Positions 26,138 through 38,096 of a stretch of DNA of 64,000 nt are shown here, piece after piece. The notes below the pieces were generated by a model. The model searched no databases and was not told where the DNA came from. It saw nothing but the letters and a program-made list of their open reading frames with translations. This DNA is from Sphaerodactylus townsendi (lineage: Eukaryota): NCBI RefSeq assembly GCF_021028975.2, contig NC_059429.1, forward strand, positions 32,240,001-32,304,000. Reading direction: 5' to 3'. The position numbers and the translations under genes are program-made. Position 1 is the stretch's first letter. Each line of letters begins with the position of its first letter.

Positions 26138-29100
26138 CTAAACCCAAACCAAACACCAAGTCATTATGTTTTTTTGTATTGGTAATGGCTTTGTTAAGAT
26201 GTCGGCTATGTTTGCAGATGATTCACAGTACTGCAACTTAATCATATTTGACTGTATCAGTTGTTTTACATTTTGGAATTTCACAGCTACATGTTTAGTA
26301 CGACTTTTAAGGTTTTCGTTCTCTGCCATGGCTATACATGTCTGTGAGTCTTCAAAAACTGTTATAGGTTGTTCACATTTCTCACCCAGGTCTTTTAGCA
26401 ACTGCATAACCCATTGTAGCTCATTGCATGCCTCATTAAGAGCCGCATACTCTGCCTCAGCAGTTGAAGTGGCAACCGTTGTTTGTTTCCGAGATCTCCA
26501 ACAAATCGGATGGCTGCCATATTGCATATAATAACCACTCACTGACTTACATCCTGAGTCCTCTGCAAATGAGCTGTCCGCATACACCACTAAGTCCTTG
26601 TTGTTTTGGTTAGAAAAGTGTAAACCATAGTTAGCAGTTCCCTTCAAGTAACGAATTACTCTTTTTAGCCCCTGCCAGTCTTTCTCAGTAGGTTTTGCAA
26701 CTGTTCTACTTTAATAAACCTACAGCAAAAGCTATGTCTGGTCTTGTCCAGTTAGCAATGTGCAGCAGGCTTCCAATTAAGGAACGATATAGGTCTTGCC
26801 TTTCAAATGTTTTGCTGTTATCTTGCTTACAAAAAATCAGCCACCATTGGGGTTTGTGCCACTTTGGCATCTTGCAGACCAGCTTTTGTATGACACCCTC
26901 TATCTTTGGTGTTTGTGTCATAGTCCCTTCCCTTGCTTCAGATTTACTGACTTGAATACCCAGGTATTGCTTTAGATACCCCAAGTCTTTCAGCTTAAAG
27001 TGTTTACTCAACTCAGTGTAAAGTTGTTTGATTTGGTTGTCTGTTTTTGCAACCACACAGAGATCATCAACATAAATCATCAAAATGATACATTCATCAC
27101 CAGTACCTCTGGTATATATACAGGCATCGGCCACACTTTAGTCAAATTTCAGTTCACATAATGCTTTGTGTATGCACCTGTTCCAACATCTGGCTGACTG
27201 TTTCAGCCCGTACAAAGCTTTGTTGAGCTTATAAACTTTATCAACTTGTTCATGCTCATAACCTGGTGCTTGCTTCATGTATATGGTCTCTTGCAAATCT
27301 GCATTTAAATAAGCTGTTTCAAAATCAAAGTGCCTCATTTTAAAGTCTCTTTGCTCAGCCAGAGCAATCACTAATCTCATGGATTCTGCCTTTGCAGTGG
27401 GTGCATAAGTCTGATCATAACTGTCAAACTTTGTTTGAGAGAAGCCTTGTGCGACTAATCTTGCTTTATATTTGTAAGTCCCATCGGGCATAGGTTTCAT
27501 GTATACCCATCTTGCACCTATGATCGGCTTATCAGTAGGTTTATCAACAATGTTAAACACTTTTAAGTTCACCAAGGATTCAAACTCATTGTCCATAGCC
27601 TGATTCCATTTTTCCTGTTCCTCAGGTGGACATTTCAACATATCATGGAAACCTTGTGGTTCTGTCCCTAATTGGCACACTCTCACTTCTTGTACCATAA
27701 ACCTTTTTGGTGGTATGCCTTTATTTGCTCTTTCTGATCATTGGTATAGCTATTTCTCCAGTTTGCTCAGCCCCCTCCTCTCCCTGGCTTCCTTCCGATC
27801 ACTATCACTGTTCTGTTGTTGCTTAAGGCTCGGAGCAGATGTGTGACCTTGAACAGGGAGTGGGGGTTGCGTGCTGTCACTCGGTACCGTGCCATGGCTT
27901 ACTGGTGGTAAGAACACTTCAGAGTTTTGATGCACATGTTCCCAACCTGTATGCTTTTCAAAGTTGGCACCGCGTGAGATAGCAATTCTTCCATGACCCA
28001 ATGAAAATCTATACCCTTTGGTATTCTGCGCATATCCTACAAAAACGCAGTCTCTGCCATTTCTTTTGTCCTTTTTTCCGTTGCTGTCTGGGAATGAGGA
28101 CGTTAGCAAAACTCCCAAATATTCTAAGGTGTTTCAGGGAAGGCCTTTTGCCAAACATTCTGAAAAATGGTGTTTCATTGATACTTGAACTCCACAACCT
28201 GTTTATTACATGTGTGGCAGCTAAGACAGCCTCTCCCCAGAAATGGAATGGAACCTTGGCATCATTTATCATGCAATCCCGCATTGTTTGAAGAATGCCT
28301 AGTCTCCTCTCAGCCACGCCATTTTCAGCCGGGCTGAACGGATTTGTTCTCCTGTGGCTAATACCTTTCTGTGTCAGCCATGTTTGGAATTTGTTCCCCA
28401 TGAACTCACCGCCTCTGTCAGATTGCAGGCAAGCCACCTTGTGAGGGAACCTCCGTTCAATCATTGAGACCCATTCCTTAAACCTTGTAAAGGCTTCATC
28501 CTTAGATTTCAACAGCAAGCAGTAAGAATATCTGCTATAATCATCAATCAGCAGAAATATATATCAGTGCACCTTGATTGGAAAGGACCAGCTAAGTCTG
28601 TATGGACTAGTTCAAATGGTCTTTCCATTTGTCTGTAGCTCTTTGGGGATTGGATAGGATTTCACCTTAACCCCACTACAGACTGAACAGTCTAGGAATG
28701 CTTTGCAAGGCTTTACACTCAAATCACATACTTTTGCCAACTGCTTGATGGTGGCAAAACTTGCATGTCCTAGGACTCTGTGAAGATAGTGCACACAATC
28801 ATCATGCATAGGCTTATTAGCTAGACTTGAAACATTCATTACATTTTCATTTTGCCCTTTATCAGTCATAACATACATTTTGTCGCAGAGTGTACCTTTT
28901 GCACACTCTATGTCATTCTGCCATACTGTACAACCCTGTCTATCAAATATAGTTTTGTACCCTTGTTCAGCTAAACTTGGGACGCTCAACAAACAAAAAT
29001 CCAGTCCAGGAACACACAACACATTTTGCAACTTTTTACCTAGGCATGGTATGTAGGCAGTTCCTTGCAGCGTAACAGCAGCTGGTGATCCATCGGCCAA

Positions 29101-29987
29101 GCTGACATGCTTCACACTTGCCTTGGACTCCTCAGTCAATAGGTGATGAGCATTTACGACATGCTCTGGAGGAGGCAGAGGCGAAGAGCCAGATGGGTGG
29201 GTGTCTCTGGACATCGGTTCTCAGCAATGCCCGTCAAGTAGTGCTCCTTCTTTCCTCATCCCCGTTGTCCTTTAGCTAGCCCCTTATTCTCCCCCTTCTG
29301 TGAGCATTCTCGGAGAAGATGATTAGTAGAGCCACAACAGAAACAGAACTGCATATGACCTTGGACAGTTCAGGGAAAGTTGGGTTTCACTTTTGCCTCT
29401 GGAAACAGCAGGCTTCTCTCTGGCTGTGGCTTCAAGGCAAAACTCTCTTTGTTTCTGGAGCTCCAGAAGCCGTGCAGTCACATAGTCTAGAGTCAAATCA
29501 TCTTCCTTTATGCTCTGCATACTATAGACAAAATTGTCCCAGCTGTCATCTAGGGAAGATAGTACAATATAGGCCCTATGCTGTTCAGTGAAAGTCATGC
29601 CTCTGTCTTCCAGCTCGACGAATAGTGTATGCAGCTGTTGGACATGGTTGGCCACATTTTCACCTCCTTTCAGCTTCAAATTGTATAAACGTCTGGTCAA
29701 GATTACCTTGGAACCAGCAGTCTCGTGCCAGGTACAGGTCCTTCAACACCTTCCAGCAGTCAGAAGCCTTCTCAGCAGCCGTAGATAGATGAGCTGGGGA
29801 GTTTTCCACAGCCAACATTATGGACGCCTTGGCTCTGGCATCTGCCCTCTGCTCTGCTGCTGTGCCTGGGTTCGGTGGGGTCTGCGACTACAGCCCATAA
29901 ATCTTCGCATGTATGAGAAAGCTCTGCATTTTCACACTCCATGCTGAGTAGTTCCCTGCAGTCAGCCCGCTCAAAGGCAAACTGCAC
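26138..29987 (-). pseudogene. Frameshifted copia gag-pol
   Basis: Gag with CX2CX4HX4C knuckle (CFCCGSTNHLLREC, ~29300-29345); IN HHCC and DDE motifs (VHTDLAGP, SDRGGEF, ENGVAERR); RT (KARLVAQG, LYGLKQS, YVDD); RNaseH (YADSS, TAEAEY, NIADILTK). Split over 8 ORF pieces. Confidence 0.93.
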
Positions 29988-30046
29988 ATGGTGGATGTCA
30001 TCGTGTCACACTGCCTCGACACTCTCTAGCTTCAGTGGTTAGGATA

Positions 30047-30060
30047 CTGGGCCCATAACC
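30047..30060 (-). other. Primer binding site for 5'-half initiator tRNA-Met
   Basis: GGTTATGGGCCCAG, 4 nt after the 5' LTR; complementary to the anticodon stem-loop of tRNAiMet, as in Drosophila copia. Confidence 0.9.
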
Positions 30061-30064
30061 AAAT

Positions 30065-30575
30065 TGTTGGCCTAGTGCACAGCGGAAGGACTAGGTGCCA
30101 ACTCACCCTCGCTGCTAGAACAGGAGGTAACTGCTTGCAGTATAAGAAAAAAAGAAACACTCAGACAGTAGATTTAGTTCCAACAGGAATACTTTATCTC
30201 TTGTTTCTCAAAGGAACAAAAATAACAATAACTATACACTCTCTACTCTGACAACAATCTGAGCCCGAACCTGAAGGTGAAGGAGAGGTACTGAATTGGG
30301 TATGCAGTCTTCTTATATAGTTTTGTCCAGCAAATCATTAGCTAGATGATCTAATCATCCTGGCCTGTGACCTTTTCACTTCTGCTGACTGTTACATGCC
30401 AATCACTGCAGACCCAGACAGAGAGGCTCCGACCTTTACAATTCTGCTGACTGTTACATGCCAATCACTGCAGACCCAGACAGAGAGGCTCCGACCTTTA
30501 CAATTCTGCTGACTGTTACATTCCAGTCATTCTAGACCAGCATATGACCACCTTGCAATTTTCAATATCCTGACA
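30065..30575 (-). repeat. 5' LTR of copia element (511 bp)
   Basis: TGTCAGG...CCAACA on the - strand, followed by the PBS. Confidence 0.93.
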
Positions 30576-30679
30576 GGGTGTTCCCCGCCCCCCAGCACCA
30601 TCTATCAAGGAACCCAATCATGAATGCATAGCTTGCTACTCGGGGCCTCACTGCCTCCATAAAGTAATTACAATGACTC

Positions 30680-32535
30680 AGGGCAACCCAGCTTTTTCCC
30701 TTCCTTGTGAAATGGGTGCCATCACCAAGGTGGCTTGAATGTGGCAGGCAGAACCTGAGCCACTAGAAAGTTGGAAGGGGGATGCATTCCCCACTGGCAG
30801 CTTGATTTCAGAGGTGTCAATCACCTCAATAATGTCCCCAATAATGTCCACCACCTCTGGTGGTGCCATTATTCCCTTGCAATTGAAACTCATAGTTAAT
30901 TGACTTGGCATTGCTATAGAAGTAAAGCCCTCAAAGCCCTCGGTAACTCACCATCCTGACCAGCTAGTCAATGTTTCTGTGAGCCTCCAATGAGGCAAAC
31001 CACCATCTCAAGTTCCCCATGGTTGGTGCCAGCCTCAGAGTCTGAGCTGATCGCGAGGGTAGGAGGGGGGGTTGGAGCAGAACCAATCAAGTGCCTTAAC
31101 CTCTCACCAAGCAGATAGTGCCCTCTGATGGAACTATGTCCATTCATCTGCCATAGGTCATATTAGCATGCCTGCGTAGGTCTTAGTGTGCTGCCAACAT
31201 TCTTGGGGGATGCTGAGAGTATCTCTGCACCCCAGGAGTCTTCTGTAGAAAACATGAGAATGCAGTCCAGGCTATTGTTTCCTCCAAGTAGGAGGAACAG
31301 CGGACATCTCCCCGAAGATATTGGGGAGGGTAGCCAAGCACTTCTCTCTGGATGAGGAGATTGCCTGTTCCGTAACACTCAGGCCGTTTTCGCACGAAGG
31401 CGGAAGCAGCCGGGTTGGTGTTTACGACGCCGACCCAACGATGCTGGGACCGTCCGCACGGACGGTCCTGGAAACAGCCGGGCAGCCAGCGCCGCGGAGC
31501 GCCGGTGCCCGGCCGACCTGGCATGTCCCCAGGCCTCCGGCGCGTCGCCGAGGCCTGGGGACACGCCCCCCTGGCCCTGCGTGCCTGCTCCAGCGGCGCA
31601 GGGCAGGGGGGCGTGTCCCCAGGCTTCGGCGATGCGCCGGAGCCCAGGGACAAGGTAAGTGCCGGGTGGGGGAGGCATCGCAAAGCCGCTGCTGTTCGCT
31701 CGGCAGCAGCTTCGAGGCGGCGTTTCACCAAAAAGAGCGCTTCCAAGCGCTCTGGGGAAACGCTGGCTCCGCGACGGGCGGGCGGCGCGGCTGCGATGCA
31801 GCTGCGCCCCCTGTGCGAATGGCGGCCTGGAGACGGCGTTCTTACCGTCTCCAGGCCACCATTCATTGCCCGTGCGGAAACGGCCTCAAAGATTGTTGAG
31901 AATGCTGCTCAGGAGAATGCCAGCTTTTGGCCTGCGCTGGTCGTTTCTTCCCTGGGGAAGGTGACTGGAGGTGCTTCAGAGTCTATTCCCTTGCTGAGGT
32001 GGTAGGGGAGCCTTCTCCCCCACACCCAGAGAATTATCCTGCATCCAGGCAAACAGGGAGCCTTGGGGGGAGAGCATCATCTTTCAAGAAGGAGTGAAAT
32101 GCTCTCAAAAGAAGTCACTCTCAAGAGAAGTCCCATGGAGAGAGTGTTACCCTTCAAAGAGAGCCAAAGTGCTCTTAGAGGAAGCCATAGCTAAGTGTCA
32201 TTCCCTTAGCCTTCTTAGGCAGTGCCAAGACCTGCCATAGGGAGCAGTCAGCGGTGGAGGATGAAAGTTTGGCATCCCGGGAGTACCCTGCTTCAAGGGG
32301 TACCGGTAATTTCTACAGCTATGAAGGTACATCTGGAGGGAGAGAGTACGCCCCTCCCACCAGGTCATGTGTTCCTGGGCAGGAAGAGCAACTATCCCAG
32401 GCTTGTGACTGGGGAAGGGAAGCACTCATCTAATGACTAGAAACTCTTAAAATGCTAACTTAAACTGCACAAGTGCAGTCCCATGTACAGAGGACCACTG
32501 GATGAACAATAGTTATGATAAGCAACACTGTTTAT
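30680..32535. mobile_element. Degraded retroelement relic, possibly DIRS-like
   Basis: Ends in gaggaccactggatgaacaatagtta, related to the DIRS-like ends at 21.7 kb; no intact ORF. Confidence 0.35.
31382..31885. mobile_element. CpG-rich Harbinger-type MITE (same family as 17856-18334, opposite orientation)
   Basis: TIR ggccgttttcgcacg / cgtgcggaaacggcc, perfect TSD TCA. Confidence 0.85.
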
Positions 32536-34171
32536 CTCCAGACACAAGGTCAATTTCCCTTGAGAAAACAACTGATTTGGATGGTGGACTCTATGGAATT
32601 ATACCCTGCTGAGGTCCCTCCCCTTCCTGGGCTGCACCCCTAACATGCCAGGAATTTCCTAAACTGGAGGTGGCAATTCTAGAGGCCCAACTACAAATTA
32701 ATACATCCTCCCCACCTTTCTTCTGCCAATTTTGTAGAACTAGAGTTCTGAGGGTTTTTCATACTGTTGAGGAAATATGGCAGAGTGGCATGGGTCACTG
32801 TTTCACATATTAGGGGAGGTTGTTACATAGAAGGTTTGGATACTGTAGGAAATAATTAACACCTTTTCTAATTATAATCATAATTTGTTCCATTTTCAGA
32901 GGACCATTAAAAAGGGCAGAGGGAGGTTGTAATCTTGGCAGTTCACAAACTCCCTATGGAAACGCCTAGAGCCAAGCTTAGATGTCTTTTATTACAATTT
33001 TCTTAATTCTCTTTTTTTTAAGTCTCTCAAATACCTGCTTAATATTCCTCTGGTGGTGCCATTATTCTCTTGCAATTGAAACCCAGAGTTAATTGACTTG
33101 GCATTGCTATAGATAGAAGTAAAGCCCTATCTTGTAGTAAAAAACCCCAAAACATATTGGTAAAAATGTACATGGAGAAGATTGTTCCCATAGGTAGCTA
33201 AATAAGGTATCTGAATCCTTAGGATTTTTTTTTTGAGATTTTGACCTGCTGGGTTCTCTAGTTTGTTTTTAAAACATTTGCATTTGAAAGTTCAGCCCCA
33301 AGCACATGTTCAGTCTCCAGAGGTTCAATTGTCACTAGTAATACAAATCAAAAAAACCCAAAGCAAGATCTGCCTGAGCTATCAAAATCTTTCAGGGTCA
33401 AGCTGTCCACAATAGCCAATGTTTTCCCATGTTACTTTTGTCCTTTCAGTGGGTTGTGGTGCATTTAAGGTTAAAGGACGACCATGTTCTAATAGTTCCA
33501 GAAGAATAGCTGTGCTAGTGTATTGCAACCACATTAAGCAAAACTCTTCGAGTACCTTAAAGATTTCTAGCTTAAGCTTTTGTGGACTACAGACTGCTTT
33601 GTCAGAGCCATCTGGCAAATTGAGCTGTAGTCCAGGAAATGTTATACTAGAATAATGAGTTTGTTTTTAAAGGGTCACAGGACTTTTACTTGACATAATT
33701 TCCCTGTTTTGTTGTTGCTTTTTAAAAATCTAGTATCCCTCCTTAGGTATTGGGCATAGCCTGGAATATGTTGGATTTTACTGTTTATTTGAGGTGATCC
33801 TATATCTTACTGCTTTGTAGATCTATACATTAAGGTCACAATACATCTGTCCACCTTCAACCTCCTCTACTTATAAAGAAAGGGAGACACCACAGTGTCC
33901 CCATGTGCATACTGAACATTATATGGAACTCTGGATCAAGCAAACATTTAAGAGGCAAAATTAGATGTGAGGACAGTAGCTCCATCAGTTTAAACATAGA
34001 ACTAGCACAACTGTGTAGAGAGGGAGGGAGCACAATATCAAGTTTTGAAGGCAAAAGGGACTCATACAAGAAAGGAGTTGAATATCCCTCCTTCTCAGGA
34101 GTTACCTCCCTGTAATACCCCCTTCCACAAGGGCTTTTCCACAGTACCCCAATCCATTGTGGGAACGAGAA

Positions 34172-34325
34172 AAAGAAGAGTTGGATTTATATCCCCCTTT
34201 CTCTCTTGTAAGGAGACTCAAAGGGGCTACAAACTCCTTTCCCTCCCCCGCCCCCACAACAAACATCCTGTGAGGTAGATGGGTCTGAGAGAGCTCAGAA
34301 GAACTGTGATTAGCCCAAGGTCATT
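34172..34325 (-). mobile_element. Squam3-like SINE 3' half
   Basis: aagaagagttggatttatatcc... is the reverse complement of the SINE tail. Confidence 0.75.
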
Positions 34326-35789
34326 CCATGTAATCAAATGGAGAAGTACTGGAAAGGCTGTGAAGAAATAAATAGCATGTCAGGGAGAATTCTGCATGCC
34401 TCACCATTTTGCTTTTAAGGCCGGACCTGCTTCTCCCCTTTTCTACGTGATTGAAGCAGTTTTGTTTTAAACACATAGATTGCCAATATTCACATTTTGG
34501 GGATTAGAAAAACCTAAAAATCACATAATCAATATTTTCTTTTAAAAAGTGTAACATTAGGATCTCAAGAGACTGTTGTGCGATCTTGGCAGCCCCATTG
34601 AAGATTACTAGGCAACCTACAACATACATTGCTGGAGAGTCCAAGCTTCAGTTAATGACACTTTATGGGGAAAGGGGGAAGGGAACAAATAATAAAAAAT
34701 AAAAAATATGAGGGAAGAAATTAAAGAGGAGAGAACACCAGAAAAGGCAAAAAGGAAAAGCTAAAGCTAGCAGGGGGACAGAAAAGAGGGAGGAGATAGA
34801 GGTGCAAGAGGAAGAACAGAAAAAGGTAGGTGGATAGAAGAGAAGGAAAGGAGAGAGGAGGCAGGCACTGCAAATAAAAAAACTGAGGAGGAGAGAGAGA
34901 GAAAGAGTGTGAGGACTTGAATTTCCCCCTGGAAGTCTTTGTGAGCCCCTCATTTGTAAATATTAACCACATTCAGTGTTCAGACTGTCACACAGTTTGG
35001 GTTGCCAGACCAAGTCCGACAATTTGAAAGGTTGAAGGTAGGGACAGTCTGGATAACACCACTTCTGGTAAAATAATGTCACTTCTGGTAAAAATTGGAT
35101 GTGCCATTGGGGTAGTTCTAGGAACTGTTGGAAGCTCTTTGATAAAAACTAAAGAGTTTCCATTGATTCCTAGAGCTACATAATGTCACTTTTGGGGGTT
35201 GAATCACAAGTGAGGCAGTGCCACACATGACACGATGTTGCAGGCTGGGTATCATCCACTGGGCACTTGGTAGCCCTACTCATTATTTTGGAGCTGAGCA
35301 CATCTTCAAGATTTCCTACTGCTATAACCAAACATCTAAAACCATTGCTATGAACAATCTACTGAAGAGCATTTTAAGCCTCTTTTTTAAAATTAATGTG
35401 TAATTTTGCAGTTCAGAAAATGCAGTATCTAAAATGGGAAATGTTAGCTGCAAGAACCACTGAGTAGCTGGGAATGGGAGAACCTAGGAGCTTCCTTATT
35501 TCTGCTATGGGCATATAGACATCAGTGCCCCTCGTATAGCTTCACCTATCTCTCAATTCATAGTAAGATGATACTATATTTGTTCTGAAAACACATTGAA
35601 ATATATATAAACCCCATCAAATATCCTGAAATATATATACACCTTAACAAACTAGGCAATCAGGAAGACCTTGGGGGGTAGGTTTTTCCGAAGTATAAGT
35701 CTTTTTTTATGTTAGGCAGTTTCTATGTTTGTTTTGTGTATTGTTTGGTTGGGCACCAGTTACATTGTACATTATTTCCATCCTTCCAG

Positions 35790-36005
35790 TTGACGTCTGA
35801 CCTGGCCTCCAGCATCTTCACTACCATTGGCTCAGTAACACTGGTCTTGTTGCTCATCTTCCTGCTGGCAGGTGTACTTTCAGTGGTCACTGCCAACAAA
35901 CGAGCTACCCAAGGGACCTACAGCCCCAGCCACCAGGAGAAAGAGGGATCTCGAGTTGAGATGTGGGACATGGTACAGCCTCCTCCAATGGAAAGACTGA
36001 TCTAG
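35790..36005 (+). CDS. CRB1: CRB1 last exon (exon 12): TM helix, FERM-binding motif, PDZ-binding ERLI
   Basis: tccttccAG|, phase 0. [71 protein letters not shown]. Confidence 0.97.
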   Translation: MTSDLASSIFTTIGSVTLVLLLIFLLAGVLSVVTANKRATQGTYSPSHQEKEGSRVEMWDMVQPPPMERLI

Positions 36006-36573
36006 CAAGAACACCTAATGTATTCCTTATTTGAAAAAAAAATCCAGCAGGAATGACTTAGCAATGTGAATAAGATGGAAGAATCCCTCCAGAGAATGTC
36101 ACATCTCTTGCCATTTAACCCAGAAATCTTGGCCAAGATCCAGAGTGCCATATTCAATGTCTCATGAGCTGATAGAGATTTTTCAGATCTTCTCTTCTCC
36201 AGAGCAGCACTCCATCAGGCATAATGTGTTACTTTGAGAAAACAGAGAACACACACACAAAGTATGAGTGGAAGCACTTTCTGCAAGAACACCAACTTCT
36301 CTAGAGCTCAGAATTAATGACCGAAGACTTCTGAAAACATTTGCTAGAGGATAATTATTTATTGCACTGGAAATTTTAGCTTTAGCATAATCAACTATAG
36401 AGCACTCTGACTGTAATGACTACGAACATAAACATGATAAGTGCCTGTGTTTCAGATACTATTGAAGCCATTATTTTGCATTTGCTTTTCCCTTCTGGCT
36501 GACTAGACATCATCATCATAGTAGAAGACAAAGATGAACAATCAGATAAGTTTGGTTAATCTATCTGCCAATC

Positions 36574-36696
36574 TATTGTCAAAGGCTTTCACGGCCAGAT
36601 TCAACTGGTTCTGGTGGGTTTTCCGGGCTGTGTGGCCGTGGTCTGGTGGTCCACCAGACCACGGCCACACAGCCTGGAAAACCCACCAGAACCAGT
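36574..36696. mobile_element. Short Penelope-like insertion with inverted 46-bp arms
   Basis: ggctttcacggcc..actggttctggtgggttttccgggctgtgtggccgtggtctgg resembles squamate PLE ends; 11-bp TSD atctgccaatc at 36563-36573 and 36697-36707. Confidence 0.8.
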
Positions 36697-36829
36697 ATCT
36701 GCCAATCAATCACTGCTTTGCAGTAACATAAGTTTTAGAAGAAGAAGTGTCCCTCCTCAACACATTTAGTTTAATTCTTTAATCAGGGATTAAATGAATA
36801 CTATGGAGGGAAAACTCATAATTCAACAA

Positions 36830-36835
36830 AATAAA
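36830..36835 (+). terminator. Candidate CRB1 polyA signal
   Basis: First AATAAA after the stop (ATTAAA at 36789-36794), followed by a T/GT-rich stretch. Confidence 0.5.
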
Positions 36836-38027
36836 CATTTGGAACAGTCAAATCCTCTTTTTATTTTGGTGTTGCTTATTTCACCTTCTGCTCCACCCAG
36901 GGCCAATCTGGAGGTTGGGGTACAGCGGGGTAATTTGGCCTGAGTTTCAGGCTCATAGAGGTCCTCAGATTTAAGTACCTGTTAACTTTTTTGTGTACTT
37001 AATAAATTTTACAACTTGTGATGACCAGATAGCAATTTGGAAAGCCATATATAAGGGACACCGAGTTTTCCTAAGCCAACATTCTAACCACTATACCACA
37101 CTGACTTGCTGGGGGAGGAGGCAGAGGTTTTGTCTAAGCTTCTTCTTTTTTTACTTACAGACCAAGGTTTTTTCTACATGTGTTATTTCATTAGTTGTGT
37201 GCCCATTCCACACTGGGAGATTTTCCTCTTCTGCATGTGTTTTGCTCCCTCTAGTGGTCACTTCAATCTTTCCTATCGTTTTTTGTCTAGGTTTGTTTTT
37301 CAGTGAGCTAGTTATAAAATAACACATGCAAAAAAACTGTAAGAGGGCTTTCCAACAAGAACAAAACAGTGTGAAAATACAATCTTTGTGCCACCAGCAA
37401 CACTAGGAAACTATTTAGCAGAAACATTTATATCCTGTTTTTCTATCTATAAAATGAATAGATTGCATGCAAAAAAATCCCAAAACAAAACAAAAGCATG
37501 CACCTACAAATCACAAAGTCACAGCAAAAAGTGACTTTAGCCAATAAGCAACCCACATTTAATAATCCCAAAAAGCCAGCAACATTAAAATGAACCTGAA
37601 TAGAAACATAAAACCAAATCAACCATTAAATATTGTGTTGATGACAACAACTGAGTCTTATGGAGAATATCTGATTGTCATCTGGAGTCTCCAATGCTTC
37701 AGCTGTTTTAATGGGGGAAAGCAGGGGTCAACAGATAGCATATCAGGCGCTTTCTAGATTCCCCACTGCATCTTGCCAACCACATGCAATTTTTTAATAT
37801 CCTAATAGGTAGCTCAGTACAGAAGAGGTGTCTCCTCAGGTTTAGTATATATCAACAAGCATTATACATAGCAGCTAATTTGGGGATTAATTGAAACAAC
37901 CAAGACCTGACTAATAAAATCCAGTTCACCACATACCTGGTTAGAGACATGAGTACTTGGCACAAATGTTTCCAATGTTAACTAGAGTTGCATGTGGTGT
38001 ACAGGGTTTTTTAAAGAAATGTTTCCA

Positions 38028-38096
38028 TTACAATGTCTCTTCCTCATCCTCCCAGATCTCTGGAGGATCTTTATCCCATAAGTCATTGCTAGCTTC
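38028..38096 (-). CDS. Putative terminal coding exon of an unannotated small ORF
   Basis: Branch-like ctgat + ttctaccattcctttAG|; EASNDLWDKDPPEIWEDEEETL*. Confidence 0.4.
   Translation of the reverse strand, partial: EASNDLWDKDPPEIWEDEEETL

Larger units (their letters stand above)
25629..30575 (-). mobile_element. Ty1/copia LTR retrotransposon, near full length, defective
   Basis: Two near-identical LTRs with TG...CA outer ends; 5-bp TSD GGGTG (25624-25628 and 30576-30580); domain order gag-PR-IN-RT-RNaseH. Confidence 0.96.

Noticed and set aside
31183-32005. 190-227 aa ORFs on both strands
   Set aside because: Span the GC-rich MITE; no domain signatures.
33382-34360. Protein-like minus-strand ORFs and acceptor-like sites in CRB1 intron 11
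   Set aside because: No recognisable homology or consistent exon chain; interrupted by a SINE.
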